Shown here: in pieces, positions 27,627 through 37,412 of the stretch
How the letters are laid out: each line of letters opens with the position of its first letter
Position numbering within the stretch: position 1 is the first letter of the stretch
Origin: Orbicella franksi
Lineage: Eukaryota
Assembly (NCBI GenBank): GCA_964199315.1
Contig: OZ116708.1
Coordinates: 6,448,001-6,512,000 of the forward strand
Reading direction: 5' to 3'
DNA: 64,000 nt
Notes under the pieces: generated by a model
The model's input: only the letters and a program-made list of their open reading frames with translations
Database searches by the model: none
What the model was told of the DNA's origin: nothing
Program-made: the position numbers and the translations under genes

Positions 27627-30600
27627 GAGAAAGCTATGCAGCCCCCACTTTTATGTGTCTCTTGATGTCACCCATTTACAAGGCGTAAAGCGATTAAGAG
27701 CTGAATATATTTTATTTATACGAGGTTCTTTTTACAGAATCCCAAGTGTTATATAGAAAAATCAAAAAATTTCCTCGCTACTCTTTACAGAAATTGTTCA
27801 TAACGTCAACAATTCTTATCTTCTCAACTCACTTAATAATTGTTCCCGCTTTCTTCTTTAAATTTTCTAGAAAATTAAGGATGACTCTTAGCATCTCAGC
27901 TGAATAACTTTGTAAATTGCATTATCTTATCAACGTCCTGATTTCAATTAAATAACAAAAATGCGGGTCATTGAGCTTGCTTCTAAATTGTAAGCACTTT
28001 AAGCGAATATAAGGGCTGTTTCTACCAGGCTAAGCTGTTGCTATTGTAACCATTTACGCGAAAAGATGTGCAAACCTTTTTTTACCAATGAATCGGTATT
28101 CTGTTTGAGATTTCTTACTGTAGAATGAACTGATTAAGAGTGATAGTATTGGTGCATCAATTTATAAGTTCTCAAAACAGCCGCAAACTGTTGTTAGGCC
28201 ACCTAAATCGTCTATATAACAAAATTCTCGGTTTTAGTTGGCTCTCCACGCACCTGACTGTCATTCAGTTGGCGTGCGATCGCGAAGATGCTCAATAACA
28301 GGTGCGTATCCAGTTACAACCTTTTGTAACTATATACCTGTGATTGGACGCTCCGACATCCACGCAACAATTAGCTAGGCGCGCTTTAAAGACTTCCTCC
28401 TCTACTGTTTGTAGCACTTCTTCATCTCAAAATTTGTTGCTGGTACCATTAATTAGTAATTAGACCACAGGCCGTAAATTCATTAAGAGATGGTGCTCGT
28501 AATTTCAAATGGGCCTTGCCAACGCCATTAGACCAGACCAATTATGATTTCTGGCTGCCATATTAATAACCCATTTTCAAAACATCATTTAAAACATTTT
28601 ATGGACATTTTTAAAGCCCTGGACCATTTAATATTTTATCATGTAAAGTTTTCAATGTCTTGTTTTAATTGTTAGACTTGCTCTAATGCTTTGCTTTTTT
28701 AAAATTTTAATGTGTCTCATATTTTATTTATTTATAATTTTTTTTATATATTACCGTTTTATATTTGAGAATCTTTCTATGTTATCGATTTTCAATAGTT
28801 CATCTTTTTATTCTGAAACTATTTATATGAGGGCCACTGGTTTCTCAGTTGCTAAGGTTATGTTGTACCCACAATAATTATAACTAACGTTAATTATCAT
28901 CATCATTATCATCATCATCATCATCAACATCATTTATATCATTATTATGTTCACAAACAGATCTTGAACCGCCTAAGATTGCAAACTGTCCCGATGACAT
29001 CCGCAAGACGTCTTCAACGAAGCTGACAAAGATGTTTTTGCCAGGAGTCACTGTCACAGATAATGTTGGCGTTCACTTATTTACAACAAGCAGACAAAAT
29101 GGAAGCGACTTCACATGGGGAGAGCACAACGTAACTTATACTGCATCAGATATAGCAGGAAATACTGCCAAGTGCCATTTCCAAGTCATTGTAACCGGTA
29201 GATACATATAAGTTATTGAACGTTATTTTGTTAAAGACAAAAAGACAAAAGACGAAAAGACAAAAAAAAAAAATAAATAAATAACAAACCCTTGGGAAAT
29301 ACCTGGCAAAAAATGCAAGGCTTGCGCGGGCGCTTAATCAAAAATTAAATTTTAGTAAATCGAGTAACTAGTTTTCATTTATCTTTACCTTTGTAAAAGA
29401 TTACACCTGTCCGGATTTACAACCACCTTTGAATGGAGCTAAGGCATGTGAGACGTGGCTAAAGGGCATGTTTTGCACCGTACACTGCAATGAAGGTTTT
29501 GGGTTCGTGGATCAACCAGAAGCACTGTATGTGTGTAGTCCTAAGGGAGCCTGGATAAATGCAGGGAAAGGAACGCCCAGTCTTCCCGACTGCTCAAGTA
29601 AGAGAAGGTGCTATGTTCTAAACGTGTTATTCTAAACAAACCTAATATGATGTGCGGCATTTTCCTCCCATTTTTTAGCACATTATCTTCGTTCAATTTG
29701 TACCAGTTTTAAGGTATAATTTCGTACCTTGCGTACTATAATGGTTTAATAAAAATATCATTATTTATATGTTTATTTTATGACAAGATAGTCTTGAATC
29801 CGAGTGTTTCGATTTGTTATTTATTGGTCTGGATTCAGCCATACGGACTGTTTCCATGGAAACGGTTATATATTTTTTTTGTTTTTTTGTTTTTGTTTGT
29901 TTGTTTTCGAAAGCCGGACAAATCAAAATTTGCCACTAGCCCAAGTGCCATATAATAAGCTACTTACCTAGCTTGCTCGAGCCGTTAAGTGAAATACTGG
30001 CCCTTGCTCGTTTTAGCACAGACCTCGGGCCAATATTTCCCAGAGAGGCTATTGCTCTCCGTTATTAAGAGGTAAATATCTTAATATTGCAGAGACTCAC
30101 ATGCCCAAAGAAGCCGTGGTAAATGGAGATGTACATTATTTAGTTGACAAGTGCGGCGGAGAGAGCGTGAACGAAGTCATCGCCGGCAACTTTATAGACC
30201 TTTTCAGCAACTCGCCGTTTGGTATGGCTGGAGGCTGCAATGGGAAGTGCACCATCGACAACGTGAGGGTTGAATGCGGAAACCAAACTGAGGCACGCCG
30301 GCGAAGAAAGGCAGCTGATGGCAAGCAAGCGTTTAAAATTCCCCTAACTGTGCATTTCTCTTTAAAAGTTCCGTTACCAAGCAACGCCCCCTTATTTGAC
30401 CTCAACCAGACCAGTCAACAAATATCAAATAACCTGCTCGAGGCATTGAACGAAACAGACCTGACTCTGGATATCAGCGGAGTTATTATAGTATATGATT
30501 TATCAAAGCCGCCAGTGTTTCGGCTTACCAGTCTTGTTTGTAGTGAAGGACAAGTCCAAAGAGGGACAAGATGCGGTAAGAAGTTTCCTTTTGCTTTTGA

Positions 30601-31315
30601 CGGTCTTCATTTTTGGTTTTAAATGTTCTATTACATCTAGGGAGAACTCTAACCTGTCTAACAAATAGTCTGTCTTTTAATACTGTCCAAGTTAAACTGT
30701 TCACTAACTAGTGTACATATATTTTTTTAAGAAAATAGGTCACCTGACTTTACAAAAATCAGAAAAATTAAATATTGTAGGTACCGTCTTGAAAGGCAAG
30801 ATAAGAATATACGGTGCACTTACCTTGCTCGCAGTTTAATAGCTTATTAATAGCTAATTGATAGTTAATTAACAACTTAGCAAATTTCTTGCCTTCGTTT
30901 TGCAGCATTTGCATTAGTATACAAGTAGAATTCTACTAATAGTAATTAGAACACAGATGCTGACACTACTTTGTTTTGTTTATTCTACTCTTTGTATTAG
31001 TGAACTGTCCGCTTGGGTATTTCTTTAACACCACTGGTTGCCAGGCATGCGCAGTGGATGAATACCAAGATCAAGAGGCCCAGACGTCATGTTTATCCTG
31101 TCCATCCGGTACAACTACATTTGGACAAACGGCATCAAAGTGGCACGAAAATTGTCAAGGTTACTTGAAAATGAAGCTTTAACTTGTTTTATTCTGTTAA
31201 ACAACACATCTCTTGGCTAGAGGCAATTTCAAATGCAAGGAAAACGTGATCGCATGATTTTAAGATATGAAACCAATAATTTTTTTACGATAACTACAGA
31301 AATTCTCGCGCGTTT

Positions 31316-31355
<40 letters not shown>

Positions 31356-32941
31356 GATTTATAATTCATGCGATGCGTCTACAAACGAGAGTGGATAGTT
31401 CGACAACTTGTTATCGTAAAAAACAAATTGATGTCAGTTTTTAATGCGTCTGTCCTTTTATTGACAATGAATTTCGTCATAACTTTGTCAAAGTAGTCTC
31501 CGGATCCACTTGGCTATCGCCTCGTGGATCCAGAGCTACTTTGACAATGTTATGACGAAATTCAAGATCAATAACAGGACAGACGCATGAAAAAACGACG
31601 TGAAATTGTTAAATTGCGTCATATTGCTGCATGACAATAAGAGGTTAGCACTAGCAGGCCTGTCAAGTCTTGAGTTGGGCGATGAAGTGTAAGTTTGCTC
31701 GCCGCGGAAGAATCCCATAATCTGTCGCCATTTAATTATTTTTGTTGACATGTTGACATTTCCTTTCAGAAATTCCCAGCCCTTCCAACCTTGAAGAACA
31801 AGGTTTATCCAAGCCAATTCTATATTCAATCATTGCAATAGGAATCTGCGTATTTATTGGACTGATTGGTCTCACCATCTTTTGTGTGCAGAAACACTGT
31901 GTGTAAGTTCTTTCATTACTAAATAAAAATGTACTTCACGAAAGCGTTAAGTTAAAAAATATGTCTATCCATCTATCTATTTTGTGGACAATTTCCTTCG
32001 ATCAGTTGGTGTTGGATCTAGATGGATCAGCTTCATTTTAAACAGAATGAGTTGAAAACGTTCCAGTGCCCCAAATCAATAAATTGTCTTAACCTGCTTA
32101 ATTCCTATGTTTTTACGGTATATAACTTTGCATAAGAGTAGGAGTAATTTTCCAACTGCAGTGATGCTTATGATTCGGGTTTATGGGTCACCCACACAAT
32201 AATAATGCAAATCTCAAAAAACAAACTAAATCTTGACATGAAATAGTGACACCACTCGTAGCCTCTTTAGAATCGATCCATTTAATAAGTTAACCATCCT
32301 CATCTTTATCAATTTACATTTATACGCTATATGCACATTATAGTGATTAAATTAACTTTTTTTTTTCAGGATTTAAACAATTTTTTACACGAGCGCGTTG
32401 AATATGAGATGCTAGATAGCCAACCAGGCGCGGAGCGTCGAGTTGGCTATAATCATCTCATATCCAACAAGCGCAAGTAGAATAATTGTTTAATTAAAAA
32501 CGCCACTAAAAAATAGCAGACTAGACTAGAATAACAATAACATTACCAAAAATCACTCGTGCACTTACCATTTTGGTAGAGCATGGTATAATGGCTCATA
32601 ACCCATGATGGCTAAGCCAATGAAATCTCTCGAATTGCATTATCTAATGATCCAGTTTTTGATAATTTTAATTATTTTATTTCTATAGTGCTGGCAAAAC
32701 AATGTCACGAAACGAAAGACGTACTTACCCGTACCCAGTGGATGACGATATGGGACGCAGCAATCCAACATATGCTGTTACTGAAACTATTCAAACGAAG
32801 GATCCATTTTCTATAGAAATCTGTGAATTTCAGAAGCGCGGTCTTTGTTTTGACAGTGTGAATTACCTTTCGCAAGATGATGCACAAGATGCAGCTGGAA
32901 ATGATTTCAGAAGACTTAATTTTAATCAGTCAGAGGTGTAG
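11087..32941 (+). CDS. Gene B: LRP-like (3x YWTD propeller-EGF) / Sushi-HYR-GCC chimeric type-I membrane receptor, one in-frame stop
   Basis: 26 exons with GT-AG boundaries and continuous phase (6500 nt, ~2165 codons); exons listed individually; TAG at 16668-16670. Confidence 0.9.
11959..12356 (+). CDS. Gene B: YWTD propeller 1, second half
   Basis: MIWTDWG-NPKIERASLTG, WPNGIDLD, IFWVDAG, HPFAVAL, FFTDW. Confidence 0.9.
12420..13030. repeat. Compound (GACT)/(GATT)/(ATCT)/(ATGG) microsatellite with a ~100-bp higher-order unit repeated about 3 times
   Basis: gactgactaattcactgattcgttgattgggtcgatt recurs near 12475, 12597 and 12700. Confidence 0.85.
14044..14169 (+). CDS. Gene B: EGF 1
   Basis: [38 protein letters not shown]. 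Confidence 0.9.
14743..15148 (+). CDS. Gene B: YWTD propeller 2, first half
   Basis: PIALDFDPVEERVYWSD, SPEGLAIDHVARNIYWTDTG. Confidence 0.9.
15605..15664. repeat. (TATG)n microsatellite
   Basis: Direct reading. Confidence 0.95.
16403..16797 (+). CDS. Gene B: YWTD propeller 2, second half, with premature TAG
   Basis: MYWTDWGASPKIE...HPFGLVVYNSML*WTDWNILSVS...PTDIHVFD; frame continues to a gttaat donor. Confidence 0.85.
17379..17504 (+). CDS. Gene B: EGF 2
   Basis: [36 protein letters not shown]. Confidence 0.9.
17765..18188 (+). CDS. Gene B: YWTD propeller 3, first half
   Basis: PVAVDYDPVEGKIYWTD, PDGLALDYEGRNIYWTDAG. Confidence 0.9.
18750..19147 (+). CDS. Gene B: YWTD propeller 3, second half
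   Basis: MYWSDWGSSPKIEQANMDG, LYWCDA, HPFGLAL, LYWSDW. Confidence 0.9.
19814..19942 (+). CDS. Gene B: EGF 3
   Basis: CSQLNGHCSHICLPNPQGHQCFCPEG...TCE. Confidence 0.9.
20238..20411 (+). CDS. Gene B: Sushi/CCP 1
   Basis: CPQLSAPLHG...CHLSCERGYILNGSPARTCNSDGTWTG...C; phase 1-1. Confidence 0.9.
20863..21048 (+). CDS. Gene B: Sushi 2
   Basis: CPALPAPSNG...CLFVCHPGY...[10 protein letters not shown]..FVC. Confidence 0.9.
21199..21381 (+). CDS. Gene B: Sushi 3 (last Cys replaced by Phe)
   Basis: CAPLSIP...CVFGCQSGY...TCLQSGQWSGNAINFT. Confidence 0.85.
21803..22054 (+). CDS. Gene B: HYR 1
   Basis: PPTFGIKCP...[13 protein letters not shown]...GTHVIIYTAEDQSKNKATCSF. Confidence 0.9.
22360..22554 (+). 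CDS. Gene B: Sushi 4
   Basis: CASL...CKFSCMIGYRLNGSSTVTC...WDNPLPIC. Confidence 0.9.
22825..23010 (+). CDS. Gene B: Sushi 5
   Basis: Not in ORF track: CTSLPSPSNGVKTGC...[32 protein letters not shown]. Confidence 0.9.
23381..23572 (+). CDS. Gene B: Sushi 6
   Basis: CGALTPPALG...CQYTCERLGYVLKGSSVRMCDTNGQWTG...C. Confidence 0.9.
23921..24169 (+). CDS. Gene B: HYR 2
   Basis: DTAPPSFNDTCP...TWNEPVATDNSG...YSAIDSSGNQANCTFIVQV. Confidence 0.9.
24337..24516 (+). CDS. Gene B: Sushi 7
   Basis: Not in ORF track: CTILQAPIHG...FSCDKGYQMAGSRQRSCRADGTWSGDTTLC. Confidence 0.9.
25813..26016 (+). CDS. Gene B: Sushi 8
   Basis: CPTITAPTDGVIFPYPC...CFSMC...SCLESGFWS...C. Confidence 0.9.
27205..27444 (+). CDS. 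Gene B: HYR 3
   Basis: DVQPPSIQCP...TWQVPNPTDNS...ITYIATDSAGLIGSCTF. Confidence 0.9.
28961..29197 (+). CDS. Gene B: HYR 4
   Basis: DLEPPKIANCPDDI...VTDNVG...FTWGEHNVTYTASDIAGNTAKCHF. Confidence 0.9.
29400..29597 (+). CDS. Gene B: Sushi 9 (SVEP1-type)
   Basis: CPDLQPPLNGAKACETW...FCTVHCNEGF...YVC...W...LPDC. Confidence 0.9.
30093..30575 (+). CDS. Gene B: ~160-aa module with basic furin-type site (SEA-like, inferred)
   Basis: HYLVDKC...CTIDNVRVEC...ARRRRKAA...LVCSEGQVQRGTRC; phase 1-1. Confidence 0.8.
31001..31159 (+). CDS. Gene B: GCC2/GCC3 (ephrin-receptor-like) Cys repeat
   Basis: NCPLGYFFNTTGCQACAVDEYQDQEAQTSCLSCPSGTTT...C. Confidence 0.9.
31290..31615. mobile_element. Non-autonomous element with an internal ~85-bp inverted repeat
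   Basis: Arms ~31423-31509 and ~31524-31610 (gcgtctgtcc...gaatttcgtcataac.ttgtcaaagtag / ctactttgacaatgttatgacgaaattc...ggacagacgc). Confidence 0.65.
31770..31902 (+). CDS. Gene B: transmembrane exon
   Basis: PILYSIIAIGICVFIGLIGLTIFCVQKHC; phase-2 gtaagt donor. Confidence 0.85.
32689..32941 (+). CDS. Gene B: cytoplasmic tail, last exon
   Basis: Phase-2 acceptor; contains NPTY (32762-32773); ends NQSEV-TAG. Confidence 0.8.
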
Positions 32942-33806
32942 ATTCCATAAAAGGGTGGTTTTCTGCACTTTGCCTCTAACATATTGAGTGATTTATATCA
33001 GAACAATCACATGCACCATTGTAGTAGGCAAAAACACGAATCGACCATTTTACAGTTGTCTGCTCAGTGAGCTGGCCTTTGTATTGCAGCGAGGCTAGAG
33101 TTGACCTTGTTTTGATACAGACCTCACTGCTTTTGTTGTGTAAAACAAGTTGTTCTGATGCTAACTAGGTGCTTTTACATGACAAAAATAATTACTATGA
33201 TTACTGTAATTATTGAAATAATTACATGGTCTATTATATACATATCCGTGTCAATTTCAGCACAACGATCCTACCTCTTTTTCAAGAAAATACACAGGCT
33301 TTTGATATCAATTAATCTCAAGCAGTCTGTCACCAAACAGCCTACTCATCCACCTTGTTTGTGTGTGGCTGCCTGGCTGCTGGTCCCTGAGCCTACACAG
33401 CGTGGCGGCCCAGGCTGTCCTGCAAAGTAAATGAGAAGTTCTACCGTAAAAACTGCCCCACTCTGTGGCCCGGTTTGGTATCAGCTGTTTGCCAGGGACC
33501 TAGGCTGTCTGCCCCAACCCTCCTTGTAGGGGACTATAGCTGGCTTTCCCCCAATTTTGACTCGTTTTCCATAAATCCAGACATATAGACAGGGAATATT
33601 TTAATTAGTCGTTTTAGCATGTAGGTTAATGGTAGAAAAATACTTGATCGCTTCTCTTTTGGTAATTTTTTATCGATTTCTAGACAATTAAGGCATGGCT
33701 CTTTCCTTATTGCACCCAAAAATTAGGGGGGGGGTGGTCTATCTTCTCAGGCTTTAACCACATTAACCTAAAACGTTTTCAGACTAATAGGCTTGCAAAT
33801 CTTGTC

Positions 33807-34542
33807 ATATTTAGCTGGATGATATATGCAAATTAGGTCACGTGACCTGTCGGGACTATCTTTAGCTCAAATTTCTTTTTAGAGAAATGGCACCACTTTT
33901 TACAGCATCTAGGAAGCTGGCATTATCTTTATAATGTTAAGAATAGTACGTACTTTATATCCGTGCCCGGACTTGTTGAGAGCTTTTTTTAAAACAAAAG
34001 CATAAATTAGGAATTTACTTTTATTGGGAGACCGGGCAATAGTACAAAAAGCCGTTTATTTTCAAAATTGATGAAAAATTTAACAACGTCCGGGAACAGA
34101 TGTTTTGTTGCTAACCTTTTGAGCTATCTGGGTACATTCAAGGTAAATGACTCCAGATGTAAACTGGTGCCATATTCGCTCAAAGAATTTCTGGAAGTTT
34201 TTGGCCGCCAGAAGTAAAAGGTAAGGTAAAGTCTGCATACGAGCCAAGTGGCCCATCAGGCCGGAGCTTATCCCGTTTCTGTAGCATGAAGCGACTAGGA
34301 GTATTTCTACTCCCCCCTGGATGGGACGCTAGTCCATCGCAGGGTTACCCCCGGCATTAAGTTCGCCGGTACCCATTTATACACCTGGGTGGAGAGAGGC
34401 AGTGTGAGAGTAAAGTGTCTTGCCCAAGGACACAACACAATGTCCCCGGCCAGGGCTCGAACCCGGACCGCTCGATCCGGAGACGAGCGCACTAACCATG
34501 AGGCCACCGCGCCTAATTTGCATATATCATCCAGCTAAATAT
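33807..34542. mobile_element. MITE with 31-bp perfect TIRs, interrupted by a SINE
   Basis: atatttagctggatgatatatgcaaattagg at 33807-33837 and its reverse complement at 34512-34542. Confidence 0.8.
34216..34514 (-). mobile_element. tRNA-derived SINE (V-core-like), near full length
   Basis: Minus strand: aggcgcggTGGCCTCATGGttag (A box), ggGTTCGAGCCc (B box), gtgttgtgtccttgggcaagacact core, (accttt)-type tail. Confidence 0.85.
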
Positions 34543-35680
34543 TGAGACATGCTTCTATGAACAAGATGTCCATAAAATTTAATTAAGTGGGATTAGGGTT
34601 AGGGTTAGGGTTTAGGTCTAGGGTGATGTTAACCATCTTATGTTAAGTTGGTTTCTGGAAACAGTTTGCAATAATAAAACTGAAACTGGGATTACAGTAG
34701 CTGTTTGAATGGGCTAGAATCTGCTATGTTCAATCTCCTTAAAGAAGAATATTATTCTTATTGATCAGTTGCTTCAACAACAACACAGCAATAACGACAA
34801 CAACTTTATTAACTCATACACTTACTCACTCTCCTGACGTGAACGGTTCGGCTTAATCAAGGCGATCAATTCAACAAGAGCTAAAAATTCACTCCAACTC
34901 TTAAAGAATGATAGCTTTGTTAAACAAGAGGGACGATTGAGAGAGCCACTTGAAATTTAGCTTCGATTGATTGTTTGCTTTTTTGTTTGCTAGCTTGTGT
35001 TCTTTAAGTCACCTCGATTGATAGACCAATTTCAAGAAACATTTCCTCTAAACTGACAAGGACTCTTAACATGGACACTCTTACATGTTACAAGTTACTA
35101 GGCGTTGTGCATCTAATGTTATCCCATAAGTCGTTTTTACTTTTAATACCAACAACTAAATTTATTACGAACTTTGCCAGTATGCAAAAAGTTTCAAAAC
35201 CTATTTTGAAAGGTAGCTCTATTTATCAACTCCCACCCCCCAGCCCAGCTTTGTGTCCCAGGCTTCTCAGACTGGCATGAATCATCTTTACAAAGACGCC
35301 GAAAGGCAGAAAGTCAAGATATGACTCCCCATAGTAGACTCAAGCCGATAGAAGACTGTTAGGAATTGTAAAATACTACTGCAGCTCAAAATTAAAAAAA
35401 GAAATAAATGATAATAATAATAATAATAATAATACAAAAAAAAAGAAAGAAAGAAAAACAAAGGAAATATTTTGTATTATTATTATATAGCTTGGGTAAA
35501 GTTGAATCTAACGCGCGATTTTATCGGTGGATTTGTGGTCCAGTCGCATTACCGAAATGTAATCCTACCCGTTCTAGCTACTAACCAGAGTTTACTGAAT
35601 TGTTATATTCTTTTCATTTACATATTTTCATATCTATTGGGATTCCACATGCATACCCCCAAACATTACATAACATATTA

Positions 35681-35719
<39 letters not shown>

Positions 35720-37412
35720 GAGAAAGTAACCCTCCTTTGGGTCAGTTCTCTTCTCTCACTTGGAATTGGAAATGGGTTCAGAAATTTTCAGGTGTCCTGG
35801 ATGTACTGGCGATATCCTAGTTGTGTTAATTCCTCCAGTCTTACCACTTTACACTAAATGCCAGCAGCTATATAACATGACGGTACCCAAGGGGCTTCTA
35901 CTGTAAGTACCGCAGAGAAATGGTAGGAAATTTTCCTAACATTCCTTACGTACTCTCATTAGGGTTCTTCGTCTTGCGGCCATGGAAGGCGTCATAGTCT
36001 GTTTCAGTGACATGCCGATGATATTAAATAAAAAAATAATAAACCAGAAAGGGCCGATGGAATATGAGACAAGCTTTAAAATGAAGTAAAGATATTAATA
36101 GTGCTTTAAATGTAAATAGTGCGTTTGAGTCATTCCCGATGCTTTCAAATGATGGCGGACTCCACCGACGCCAATAATCTGGAACAAAACAAGGTCATTA
36201 TATATCGGATCACGTCTAAACGCACGTGGAAAAAGACTTGGGCAGGAAAAAAAAGTGAGCGGACAAAACCGGGAAATGCCGATAAATCAAGTAATCCCGC
36301 AATGATGAACGAATTACACAACATGAACCTTCCTCTGCTTCTCCCCCTGAACCAAGTTCAGATCTACGACCTGAACTTAAAGGTACCAAAGTGCCTACGA
36401 ATGGATGTTGAGCGCGGCGAGCAGACGTAAATGTCTTGTTTACCCAATGAAAGCCATCACAATAAACTCTGAGCTTGCATCGAGATGCTTGTCCGGGCGT
36501 AAAGGAGCGTTTGATTTATCAGTCTAAAACAGATCTTAAGGAATAAAAGCCCAGATGATCTGGAATACTTGTCTGAGTATGTCGTTGGCAGTGGGAGCCA
36601 CGTGCAGTACTATCATGCTCGGCAATTGAAGTTATTGTGTAGAAAATATCGCGCAATTACACAGCCGAGGGCAAAAAAAAAGAAGCGTGAGGAGAAACTT
36701 AGCACATGGAGCTAAGATAGATGGTCAGTGTTTTAGGTGACCATACACGGCTACCAATGGCTTGGCCAATGGCTAGCCAGTGGCTTGTACAAGCAACGAA
36801 TCGTACAAGTCCGTAAGTAACGACCTCCGAAAGAAGTGAGCCCACCCCCCATCCCCTGAAAATAGAGGAACTAAGATTCAAAAGTATATATTTTTTTCCA
36901 ATCAATAACCTGAAAAACGTACGATAAACTAAAGGCGATTCAACTAGGGAACGTATTGCTTATTCCAGGATGGCGTCATGAAGAGCCCTGGTAAAACAAA
37001 CCCCGCAAAATTTTCATCAAGTAACAAGAAGGCACTAACAGGACCTTTTCTTCAAATTCAAATTACTAAGATTAACAACTTTGCATCATTTTTAACAGGA
37101 ACACATAAAAAGTACGTTTAATCATATTGAAATTAAAAACTCGACCACAGCAGTCAAATATTCATAATGCAGATTAGCGTAGCAGTGCATCATGAACAAT
37201 AAAAATAGTTTAAGGTATCTCACATCACGGCCCACCCATGTGCCAACAACATAAATTTGAGCTGGAACAAAGAATTTCAAAACAATTTATAAGAATTCAG
37301 TGTTTTTACGAATTATACCCACAGCCTTAAAGGAATGCAGCCCTGTTCTCATAAAATTAAAAGAAAAACAACAACAACAACAAAAATCAACAACACCGGG
37401 AAGAGATACTTA

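Noticed and set aside
11087-32941. Naming gene B LRP4, LRP5/6 or LRP2
   Set aside because: No LDLa repeats or PPPSP motifs seen, and the Sushi/HYR/GCC stalk is absent from those families.
34593-34610. (TTAGGG)3
   Set aside because: Only three units; too short to indicate a telomere or fusion site.
36119-36430. 103-aa ORF in the intergenic spacer
   Set aside because: No recognisable domain or splice context; probably part of a repeat.
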